Shown here one piece after another: positions 26,210 through 35,200 of a stretch of DNA of 64,000 bases (position 1 is the first letter of the stretch; every line of letters starts with the position of its first letter). Source of the DNA: a virus; IMG/VR virus record IMGVR_UViG_3300027749_000107, positions 4,484 through 68,483 of that record, one strand, 5' to 3'. The translations under genes were made by a program, and so were the position numbers. A model generated the notes under the pieces. That model saw only the letters and a program-made list of their open reading frames with translations, did not search any database and was not told the origin of the DNA.

Positions 26210-28273
26210 ATGCGATTAAGAGAATTATACGAATCAATCAATTTATTTGAAAATTATAACGGCAAGGTTAACAAACTTAAAACAGAATTTCCAGAAGATG
26301 CTGCAGCAATTGATCAACAAGTGCAATGGGCTGTAACCTATTTGAAAAAAAATCAAGCTATACTTTGGTACTTAAGTATATTAGAAGCTGGTTTATATAA
26401 AAATCAAGCAGTATTAGCAACACTAATACCATCTGGCTTTCTTACTGACCCCTCTATATTTGATTCATTAGGTTCGATTCAGTACATGCTTACACATTGG
26501 GTTGCTTCTGAACTAGCATCAAATAGACGAATAACAGATGTAATAAATACTATTCGTCTAGGCACAAGTGTAACAAATCTAGTAACAGAACTTCGCAGAG
26601 CAGAAGAACAAATAATTAAAGATAACGAAGCTGCAAGAGCAGACGCACAACCAATAGAAATATTAGAAGGGGACCATCCTGTATTGCAAGTACCAGGCAC
26701 TAACAACACATGGTGGCAGTTACCTCATTATTCTCACAGCCCAGAGTCACAGTTTATGGGACATTGCGGTACTTGTCAATTCCCTGAAAATAACTTGTTA
26801 AGTTTAAGAACTGCAATTCCGCAACCTATGCTAACATTTGAATGGAATCCAGATACTCATGAGTTATATCAAACAAAAGGACCTAAAAACAGCAAACCTA
26901 ATAGCAAATTTTATCCAGATATATTAGCATTATTATTAAGTCCAGTTGTAAACGGAATTGCAGAAGATTCATGGCTTCCAGCAACTGATTTTTCTGTATT
27001 TGATTTACCAAATAATATGCTTAATCAAATCATAGCTACTAAACCTAAACTAATTGACGATCAAATTGAAAAATATCCAATCGATTTCTTAAGAGCACCA
27101 AAGAACGTGTTAGCTAATGAAAGATTTAGATCAGTTGCATTTGATAAATCTTCCGGTTTAAATTCACTAATAACAGAAGAAGGAGATATTGATCTGTCTA
27201 ATGACGCTTGGGAAAACGCAATTGAACAAAATAAAGATCTGATAATTTATGCACCTGACACTGTTCAAAATTACAAACAACGTGTTGGACGTTGTATTGG
27301 AGAACGTCCAAATCTACTTAATTATGTAAGTGCAAAAGTTAGAAATGATTTTGAAATACTAAAAGAAGCAGTTTATAGCAATCGACGTTACGATATATTT
27401 GAGCATATTCCGTCTCATTATAAACACTACAAAGAGTTAGTTAAAGCTGCATTTGAATCTGGAAATAATTGGGATCTTGATTCATTTGATCATCAATTTA
27501 TTGATTTAGATATCTGTATAAAAGTAGTAGCAAATTCATCAGATCCTAGCTATGCATTTTCAGATATCGAACATATAGGTATACTAAATCATCAAGATAT
27601 GGGGAAGTTACTAGGATTAGCAGTTGAAGCTAACCCTTATATAGTACAATACTTGAGAGGTGATTTAGTAGACGACTATTTAACTTTTGAACATTTAAAA
27701 ACTGCTGCGTCAGTTGACGGTAACATAATTGATCCGAGTGGAACTAGTTGGTCACTCGATGATGTTGTTAACCCGGACGAATTATACGAATTAGCAGTTA
27801 TTGCATTAAAAACAGCTCCATTTTTAATAGACGAATTTATCAATCGATATAGTTTTACAGATGAACAAGCATTTAATTTATGTATGTCTGCAGCTGGTGC
27901 TAGAGGAAATCTTAATACTCTTGATGTATTGATTGATCATAACTTCTTTAAAGGTGGTAATCAAACATTTAAAATTGCATCAAAAGCAATCGCCAACGGA
28001 GCTTCATTACAATATATTACTCCCGTTGCCGACGGTGAATCTTTGCCAATAGATGCCGGTTATGTTACAGCTGATCAGTATGAACAACTTGCGCACCAAT
28101 CGATAGCAATAGACGGTTATAACTTAAAATGGGTAGACGATAATTTTAAAACTTTCCAATTATGTAAAGCTGCAATTAAATCTAACCCAACATCATTTAA
28201 TTTTATAAATCTAAAATTGCTAACAAGTGAAGAAGAAGAAAAATTAAGAGAATTAGCGTTCGGAGGTCGATAA
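26210..28273 (+). CDS. Hypothetical protein with PcfJ-like domain and DUF4116-like helical repeats; possible head-packaged protein
   Basis: ESQFMGHCG...LLSLR...PMLTFE...QTKGPKNSKP resembles the PcfJ pattern. C-terminal repeats such as LKWVDDNFKTFQLCKAAIKSNP. CTAAATA late-type motif at 26182-26188. N-terminus MRLRELYE. Confidence 0.55.
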   Translation: MRLRELYESINLFENYNGKVNKLKTEFPEDAAAIDQQVQWAVTYLKKNQAILWYLSILEAGLYKNQAVLATLIPSGFLTDPSIFDSLGSIQYMLTHWVASELASNRRITDVINTIRLGTSVTNLVTELRRAEEQIIKDNEAARADAQPIEILEGDHPVLQVPGTNNTWWQLPHYSHSPESQFMGHCGTCQFPENNLLSLRTAIPQPMLTFEWNPDTHELYQTKGPKNSKPNSKFYPDILALLLSPVVNGIAEDSWLPATDFSVFDLPNNMLNQIIATKPKLIDDQIEKYPIDFLRAPKNVLANERFRSVAFDKSSGLNSLITEEGDIDLSNDAWENAIEQNKDLIIYAPDTVQNYKQRVGRCIGERPNLLNYVSAKVRNDFEILKEAVYSNRRYDIFEHIPSHYKHYKELVKAAFESGNNWDLDSFDHQFIDLDICIKVVANSSDPSYAFSDIEHIGILNHQDMGKLLGLAVEANPYIVQYLRGDLVDDYLTFEHLKTAASVDGNIIDPSGTSWSLDDVVNPDELYELAVIALKTAPFLIDEFINRYSFTDEQAFNLCMSAAGARGNLNTLDVLIDHNFFKGGNQTFKIASKAIANGASLQYITPVADGESLPIDAGYVTADQYEQLAHQSIAIDGYNLKWVDDNFKTFQLCKAAIKSNPTSFNFINLKLLTSEEEEKLRELAFGGR

Positions 28274-28572
28274 TGTTACCAAATGAAGAACTACATGACG
28301 AAATAATGAAAGCATTTGACGAATACTTTAGAGCAAATCAAAGATGGGCTACTAATCAAACTGATATTAGTTGTGTTCAAGTACGCAAATGTTTACAAGA
28401 ACTTAAACGAGTTAGCCTTAAATTAAGACAACTATGTGATCAGCAACGTACTGTTGTACAAGATTGGAGATATGCAAATTTTTCACCTAAACAACCTAGC
28501 AGACGTGCAATTGCTATGATAGCAGAACGTAATCAAAAAGCACTTGATGCTAAGAAAGATAAGGATAATTAA
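28273..28572 (+). CDS. Small basic helical protein (possibly Hc1/histone-H1-like phage protein)
   Basis: FDEYFRANQRW...QVRKCLQELKR...QRTVVQ loosely resembles phage Hc1-like proteins; TAATG-coupled to the upstream gene. The ORF is likely real, the family call is weak. Confidence 0.4.
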   Translation: MLPNEELHDEIMKAFDEYFRANQRWATNQTDISCVQVRKCLQELKRVSLKLRQLCDQQRTVVQDWRYANFSPKQPSRRAIAMIAERNQKALDAKKDKDN

Positions 28573-28587
28573 AGTAAAAAGGACTTT

Positions 28588-29109
28588 ATGCCAAGTAAAA
28601 GCAAATCAAAAGGTAATAACTGGGAAAACACGGTATCAAAACATTTAAGCTCACTGTATAGTGCATCTTTCATTCGTGTTCCGGGAAGTGGTGCATACAT
28701 TGGAGGTAAGAATGCAGTGCGCAAAGACTTCTTACACGAAGGACAAATTCGTTCTATGAAAGGTGATATTGTACCGCCATTAAATTGGAAACACTTTAAT
28801 GCTGAATGTAAATCGTATGCTGATTTTCCATTTCATCAATTGTTTACTGCAGGTGAAATTAAGATTTTAGATACTTGGATTGAGCAAACTTTAGAAGTTG
28901 CTGATACAGATGACTTTAATATTATCATGATGAAGTTTAATCGCAAAGGCTCCTATATTGCGTTTGAACATAAGCATATCAAAAAATTCAAACTACAAAA
29001 AAGTGTAGACTATTACTCTAAAAAGAACGGTAAATGGGTATTTACTGATTACGATTCTTTTTGGAATGCAAATCACGAAGTTGTTAAAACGTTGTGTTTG
29101 GCTAAATGA
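28588..29109 (+). CDS. PD-(D/E)XK nuclease, Hjc-type Holliday junction resolvase-like
   Basis: SKSKGNNWE...RVPGSGA...GDIV...AECKSY matches the Hjc pattern. Confidence 0.7.
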   Translation: MPSKSKSKGNNWENTVSKHLSSLYSASFIRVPGSGAYIGGKNAVRKDFLHEGQIRSMKGDIVPPLNWKHFNAECKSYADFPFHQLFTAGEIKILDTWIEQTLEVADTDDFNIIMMKFNRKGSYIAFEHKHIKKFKLQKSVDYYSKKNGKWVFTDYDSFWNANHEVVKTLCLAK

Positions 29110-29113
29110 TTAG

Positions 29114-29142
29114 TTGACTTCCTTCCACTATTACTGTATAAT
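29114..29142 (+). promoter_or_regulatory. Sigma70-type promoter for RNase HI, plus late motif ATAAATA at 29173-29179
   Basis: TTGACT (29114-19), 17-nt spacer, TATAAT (29137-42); same boxes as the gp55 promoter. Confidence 0.8.
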
Positions 29143-29222
29143 CGTTTTCAAGAAGAAGTAAAAAGTGTTCAGATAAATATTTGTTTAACAACTAAACACA
29201 CTAAAATCTAACACAAAACACT

Positions 29223-29639
29223 ATGGACGAACTCGTAATAATATACACAGACGGTGCATGTGTTCCTAATCCAGGTAAAGGCGGATGGGGAGCTACTATG
29301 CAATACAAAGGCGTTATAAAAGAATTTTCTGGAACAGATACACAAACTACTAACAATCGCATGGAAATGCAAGCTGCTATTGAAGCACTGTCGCGTTTAA
29401 AAAGACCATGTAATGTTAAAATTTATTCTGATTCAAGATATCTTATAGACGGCTTTACTCAATGGTTACCTAATTGGAAAAAGAAAGGACGTACAGATTA
29501 CTTAAATCGTGATTTGTGGTTACAATTAGAAAACGTTGCACTTACTCATAACATTCAATGGGAATGGGTTAAGGCACATGTTGGAATTCCAGGTAACGAA
29601 CGCGCTAACGACTTAGCTGAAGCTGCTGCTCGTAAGTAG
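29223..29639 (+). CDS. rnhA: Ribonuclease HI
   Basis: IYTDGAC.PNPGKGGWG, TTNNRMEM.AAIEAL, YSDSRY, N.DLW, WEWVKAH.G.PGNERA. The D10/E48/D70/H124 equivalents are present. Confidence 0.95.
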   Translation: MDELVIIYTDGACVPNPGKGGWGATMQYKGVIKEFSGTDTQTTNNRMEMQAAIEALSRLKRPCNVKIYSDSRYLIDGFTQWLPNWKKKGRTDYLNRDLWLQLENVALTHNIQWEWVKAHVGIPGNERANDLAEAAARK

Positions 29640-29669
29640 CCATTTTTGCGCTTCTTGCAAATATACATT

Positions 29670-29677
29670 TATAAATA
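29670..29677 (+). promoter_or_regulatory. Perfect T4 late promoter TATAAATA upstream of an ORF-free structured region
   Basis: Exact consensus match; no ORF of 60 aa or more until 30315. Confidence 0.65.
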
Positions 29678-29684
29678 TCAAGCA

Positions 29685-30110
29685 ACAAATACACTAACAT
29701 AAGGTTGGCAGGCCGGTTTGTAATACTGCTGAGACAAGTTCTGGAAACGAGAACCGCTGCTCAAATCGTTGATTGTGCAACGGCTTTTAAACACTACCCT
29801 CACGCGAGAGGATGCCAAAAGCAACGTCCATTGACGTCAATGCTTTGTTTAATCGGAATGGTGGACTAGCTGTATTTGAAAAAGAATACATAGGCCTTAA
29901 ATCTGTAGAATACTAGTAATAGTAACAATTTCGTAATGATATACATAGCACCTGAAAGTTATATCTTAAAAATACCTGTAAGTAGTGGTCCGGAGGTAGC
30001 CAATACGAGAGTTTACAGTCACGTAAAATCTTACTGCGATTCCATGGCGATGGGGTGAAATCATGCATCCAAGTTTATTAGGGTGCATCTGACTTCAAAA
30101 GTGATATCTA
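29685..30110 (+). ncRNA. Candidate large structured non-coding RNA, family not recognised; boundaries approximate
   Basis: ORF-free, richer in G+C than its flanks, at least 8 local hairpins plus possible long-range pairings, directly behind a late promoter. Confidence 0.55.
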
Positions 30111-30192
30111 TTATCTTTCATAATTAAAATATAAATTATATTATTTCATATATAATTTAATTTTTTTCTTTCTTAAGTTTCTTTAGATAAAA

Positions 30193-30238
30193 GTATTGAG
30201 CGATAGCGAAAATACAGATGAACGTTAGTTCATCTTTT
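30193..30238 (+). terminator. Tandem hairpins: GTATT-gagcgatagcgaa-AATAC and AGATGAAC-gtta-GTTCATCT-TTT (terminator or ssDNA-origin signal)
   Basis: Perfect 8-bp stem at 30216-30235 followed by T residues; preceded by an AT-rich tract at about 30110-30195. Confidence 0.5.
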
Positions 30239-30314
30239 AATATGAGAATTAATTTTTTATAAATATTCATATTATATAAGGGATATTACGAAAGCAATAT
30301 CATAAAGGATCATT

Positions 30315-31124
30315 ATGAAAATACAAGAAATTATAGAAACTTCTGATGAAAGGTTTCTACGTGAAGCAGATGGTTTTATTAAACAAGGACTTAAAGCCTT
30401 AGGTAACAAGGTATTTCCTAGTGCAGGAAATAGAATGGCCGGCGCATCAGAAAAGATGAGTATGTTACGTGCTGACTTTAGTGTACTAGCAACAGCTGGT
30501 AAATTTGCAGCATTAGTAGCACCATTTTGGACATATTATAAAAATATGTCAAATGTAGAAGACAATTATAAAAGCGGTGCATACACTGTAGAGCAATATA
30601 AAGAGAATCATCAAATACAATTAGGATTATTAATTGAAGAAGAGGCTGCTATATTAGGAACGCTTGGAGCCATGGCTTCGATAAATGTTTTATCAATGTT
30701 GTTTAATGTATTACCTATTTTTGGTCCTATTTTAGGAGCAATATTTAGAGGGTTAGCACCCGCAGCAGGTGCTTATATGTTAGTTTGGCTTAACACAGAT
30801 GAAGGGCGTAAAGCTCTAGCATCATTAGTGTCTGCAGAATTTATTAAAAACACTGGAGCAGTAGCTGAAACAGCAATAAATGCAATACGTGATAAAGCAC
30901 ACGAAGCATTAGGCATGAAACCAGAAACTGATCCAGCATACACAAATACACCATCTCCAAACGGTACTACGCCAAATGCAGATCCTGCTAAACCCGATGA
31001 TAAAAAAGATGATAAAAAAGATGCAGCTCCTAAATCAAAATATAATCCAAAAACTGACTTTACACCAGAAAGATTTAAAAGAGATGCTAATGGCGAGTTA
31101 ACATTAGCATACGATAAAGGCTAA
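30315..31124 (+). CDS. Hypothetical late protein with hydrophobic central segment
   Basis: TATAAATA at 30258-30265, AAGGA RBS, N-terminus MKIQEIIE, hydrophobic stretch AAILGTLGAMASINVLSMLFNVLPIFGPILGAIF. Confidence 0.75.
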   Translation: MKIQEIIETSDERFLREADGFIKQGLKALGNKVFPSAGNRMAGASEKMSMLRADFSVLATAGKFAALVAPFWTYYKNMSNVEDNYKSGAYTVEQYKENHQIQLGLLIEEEAAILGTLGAMASINVLSMLFNVLPIFGPILGAIFRGLAPAAGAYMLVWLNTDEGRKALASLVSAEFIKNTGAVAETAINAIRDKAHEALGMKPETDPAYTNTPSPNGTTPNADPAKPDDKKDDKKDAAPKSKYNPKTDFTPERFKRDANGELTLAYDKG

Positions 31125-31364
31125 CTAAAGCAGCGGCATTCTAGATAATTTAGTTAGTTCAATATTTTCTTCTATAACATTATACATTACCATACGATCT
31201 TCATAACTTAGGTTATACAGAAGATCGTTTATGGAAACTCCTCCTCGCATATACCACGCAATTTTAAATAATTCATGTTTAAATCGTTTGGCCTCGTTAT
31301 CAAGCCTAACTAGATATTGGCTAATGTCATCACGCGACAATCCAATTAGGCGGGATCGAAAAAA
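31125..31364 (-). CDS. Probable -1 frameshift extension of the tail assembly chaperone (the 71-aa ORF 31125..31340 in the track)
   Basis: Has only a TTG start at 31340 with no clear RBS. The frame is open back to the slippery heptamer TTTTTTC at 31358-31364. Confidence 0.65.
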   Translation of the reverse strand, partial: FFRSRLIGLSRDDISQYLVRLDNEAKRFKHELFKIAWYMRGGVSINDLLYNLSYEDRMVMYNVIEENIELTKLSRMPLL

Positions 31365-32176
31365 TTTGTTTGATCTAACTCAATCGATACTTCGGATTTA
31401 TGACCACATTCTTTGTTACTGCATACTACATTTACTTCAGGTATTTTCCAAATAGATTTATTCTTATTAAATTTTTCTTTAATTAAATCAAATACCGTTT
31501 TGTCACAATTTTGCAGCCATTCTGCAATAAAATCTCTTTCAGACACTAAAATTTTACCTGTATCAATTGATTCAATGCTAGTAGTATAAATTTCATTTTG
31601 AATATCACCTAATTCAATAAACAAACTAGAAATAAGTTTCTTTTGGTCGTCTGCGTCTGCATCTTTAGTTGCAGCTAATCGTTGTTGCAATTGAAAATTC
31701 CTTAAAGAAAAATCAGTAGTTTGTCTATATGTTAACGGCTGTAATTTGATAGTTAATGTTCCATATTCAATAGTGTTTTCATATTTGCATGATGCAAAGT
31801 GATCAATTACCGTGCCTAAGTCTACATCATACTCATTTTCTGTCTTACATTTAGAACACGTATGTACAATTTCTAATACATTACCGTGAGTTGCAATTCG
31901 TATTGCAGTTAATAGTAAATCAGTATCTAATGTAGTTACTTCCCATCCGTCTTTAATACTTGGACAGCAGCTTTCAAACAATTTGGTTGTACTTTCACCT
32001 GTTAATAATGCATCAGGTGTTTTCATTATAATGTCATCCATGCCTGTCATGCCGTAAATTGGCATGTGCAATGGATCACCGCTAATTGATCCTAGTTTAT
32101 TGTAAATTCCTTTTGATGGTAAAGAAATAAAAATTCTAGGTTGTCTATAGTATTCTTGTAAAGGGTTTTGTGCCAT
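31346..32176 (-). CDS. Baseplate hub assembly protein / tail assembly chaperone (gp26-like)
   Basis: LPSKG..Y, MTGMDDIIMKTPDALL.G, DTDLLLTAIRIATHG, two Cys pairs (CSKC, CSNKEC), ending TNFF; adjacent to the tape-measure-like gene. Confidence 0.75.
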   Translation of the reverse strand: MAQNPLQEYYRQPRIFISLPSKGIYNKLGSISGDPLHMPIYGMTGMDDIIMKTPDALLTGESTTKLFESCCPSIKDGWEVTTLDTDLLLTAIRIATHGNVLEIVHTCSKCKTENEYDVDLGTVIDHFASCKYENTIEYGTLTIKLQPLTYRQTTDFSLRNFQLQQRLAATKDADADDQKKLISSLFIELGDIQNEIYTTSIESIDTGKILVSERDFIAEWLQNCDKTVFDLIKEKFNKNKSIWKIPEVNVVCSNKECGHKSEVSIELDQTNFFDPA

Positions 32177-32188
32177 ATGTAACTCCGG

Positions 32189-32212
32189 ATAAATATATTA
32201 ACCGTATTTATA
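32189..32212. promoter_or_regulatory. Face-to-face late promoters: ATAAATA (+, 32189-95) and TATAAATA (-, 32205-12)
   Basis: Both motifs lie in the 61-bp gap between the divergent chaperone and tape-measure genes. Confidence 0.65.
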
Positions 32213-32237
32213 TACACAAAATAATAGGAAAAATAAA

Positions 32238-35200
32238 ATGAGCCAAGATTTTGAAAATGACATGCTTGAACTTCAAAAACAGAACAATGCGCTTCTTAAG
32301 TCTCTAGGTGGTAAATTATCCCCAGGAAGTAGCGGAGGTGGTAGTAGCAGTGGAGGTGGTAGTAGCAGTGGAACAGGTGGGTTTGATGCACTAGGTGGTG
32401 TATTTACTAATGCCGCTAGCGGACTTAATTCGTTATGGCAAGGCACTCTCAATGTATCAAACGGCTTTGACGGTCTTACTACTGCAATACAACAAAATGG
32501 CGGAGCATTAGGTAAAGTTTTTGGTGGCATTTCAAAAGATATTGGCAATGCAATTTTAGAAACTAATAAACATATGAATACTGCTGGCCAAGTAGGCGCC
32601 AACATGAATAATGACATGGCTGAATATGATCGCTTAATTAAAGGCGCTCGGATGACCCATGAACAATATAATGACATGGTTAAAAAAGGCGCAGTTGACT
32701 TAGACGGATTAGGGTCTACTGTTAATCGATCACAGAAAAACTTTTTAGAAGTTACTAAAGTACTCCAAGAAGGAAATGTAGCTGCTAAAATGAAAGAAAT
32801 GGGGCTTTCAGCTGAAGAAGTTACAGAAGTTGCAAAAGCATCCATGGCGCATCAACGCGGCATGGACATGTCCGACGAAACAAACAAACGCCGCGCTGCA
32901 GAAGCAGCAATGAATTTAGCTGCTTCTATGGAAGAAACTACTCGTATTACCGGATTAAGTAGAAAACAGCAACTAGATGCAATGGATAAAGCACAAGCAG
33001 ATACTAGAACTAAGATTGCGTTATCTAGAATGGATAAAGGTGCGCAAGATCGATATCGCGGCGCAGTGTCTGACTCCGCAGGAATGGGTGATGCATTTAA
33101 AATTGTACTTAAAGAGACATTAACCGGCGGCGTTAAAAGCGAAGAAGGTCGCAACGCCATGGCTGCATTAGGTACATCGGCTGCAGACGTGCAACGATAC
33201 GCATTGTCACTAAAAGATTCGTCGGTCGAAGGTCAACAACGCAGTCAAGAACTTGGTAACATTGCTCGCTCGCGTGCTGAAGAATGGAATATGTCAGAAG
33301 GCGCATCTAACTTAGGTCAGTTTGGCGAAGGCGGCGCAGCTGAAATGTTTAGAAAAAATTACGAAACTGACACGATGCGTGAAACTGTTCGTGCTAAAAT
33401 AGACGAGAACAAAGGCGGTATTGACGTTGCAACTGCAATGAAAATGCAAAAAGATGAAGTTAGACATAATATTGTTGGAGAAAACGAAAAAGGTGAAGCA
33501 ATTAAAACACCAGGTCATGAACTTGCTACTACTATTAACAAAGCCGATCGTGCATTATCAGATTTAAGTGCAGGAACAACAGAAGTATTTGGGAAATTAG
33601 TTGAAAAGTCTAACAGCCTTGTACAATCTTTTGGTAATCTAAATGAAGTATTAAAACCTAAAACTCAAGAACAGTCGCATCCAAGTGAATTGCTAGGCGG
33701 AGCTGTAGAACAATTTAAAGCTAAGATTCCATTCTATGATGCATATAATAAAGGCGTACAAAATCGATCTAATGAAAAAACTACAACTGATCAACTAGTT
33801 GCACCTGTAGAAAAAATAAGTCGTGCATCAGGATCTCCAACTCTTGATAGTTTTCTTAATGGTTCCGGTTCATTTAATGACATGTTTGAGCATTTTGATC
33901 CAAAAGGTACTCCTGCAGAGTTACATGGGACAGAATTAGTAGCAACACAAGCACAAATGAAGAAACTAGTTGAACAATTAGTTCCAAATATGCAAGCATC
34001 AGCTGCTCCTAAACCAGCAACGTCAACTTCTACTTCAGATCCAATTGGTCAATTAAAATTACCAGCAAATCCTGTACCAACTACTGCAACTGTACAACAA
34101 ACTGTTGCACCTCCTACAGCTAAATCTGAATTTGAAACTAATTTTATTAAAACAGTTGCAGACCGTGTTGAAAAAACACTCGCAACTGCATTTGAACCTG
34201 CAGTAAAAAATTTACATGCACAAGCAGTAAAATCAGCACAGCCGCAGACTGCAGAAGTTAAACAACCTGAAACAAAAAAAGAAGTACCTAAAGTTGAACC
34301 CAAAGTTGAACCCAAAAAAGAAGAAGTTAAGAAAGAAGAAGTTAAACCAGTTGAACCAAAACCAATTGACGATAAATTTGCACAATTATCTAAAACTATT
34401 GACGCTGTTACTGGAGAAATTCAAACAGGCGGTATTAGAACTAAAGAAGGTGCTGAAAAAATGGCATCTCTTGGCCCAGCTGGTATGGATTTACAAAAAG
34501 CAATACTAGCACACAAGAATGCAACTACTGATCAACAAAAAGCTGATGCAATTAACGCAGAAACCACTGCAGTTGCTAAAATTAAAGATTATCAAAGCAG
34601 TAAAGCAGCAACTGATATGCAAGTATATGCATCAAAAGAGAAACTTAAAACTGAAAATACTATAGCACCAATTAAAACAACTGCTGATCTTAATAAAATG
34701 TTGTTTGGGAATGAAGAAGGACTTAAAACATCTTTAACTCCTGCGCCTAAAGATGAAAAAGATAAAGAGAAAGCAAGATTAGAAGGACAGTCAATAATTG
34801 ATCAAATGTCAAAACAGTCACCTATTAATGGTATGATGACTGATATGAAATCATTTGTTCAAAATACTGAAAAGAATGGTGACGTTATATCAAGTAAAAT
34901 TGCCGAATCAGTAAAACTTCCTGACTTTGAATCTACCTTTAAAGGGTTGTCTGAGCAAATAAGTGGTTCTATTACTACAGTGTTACCATCACTTGACAAC
35001 ACCGATCAATTAAAAGATGCTATGGAGATATTTAAGTCTCCTGATTACACTGAATTCTTTACATCTATGACTGATAACTTATCATCTGTAGTAGATAATA
35101 CCGGTGATGCATTAGAAATAGACGAAGATACAGAAGATGATAGTAGTAGCATGTTTGATAGTTTACCTGATTTTGGTGAAATATTGTCCGATGCAGGTAA

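Noticed and set aside
29685-30110. Group I/II intron, tmRNA, RNase P or tRNA identity for the non-coding region
   Set aside because: By eye I found no P7/R-S core, domain V, tRNA-like ends or GAGGAAAGUCC, and the flanking genes look complete. A covariance-model search is still needed.
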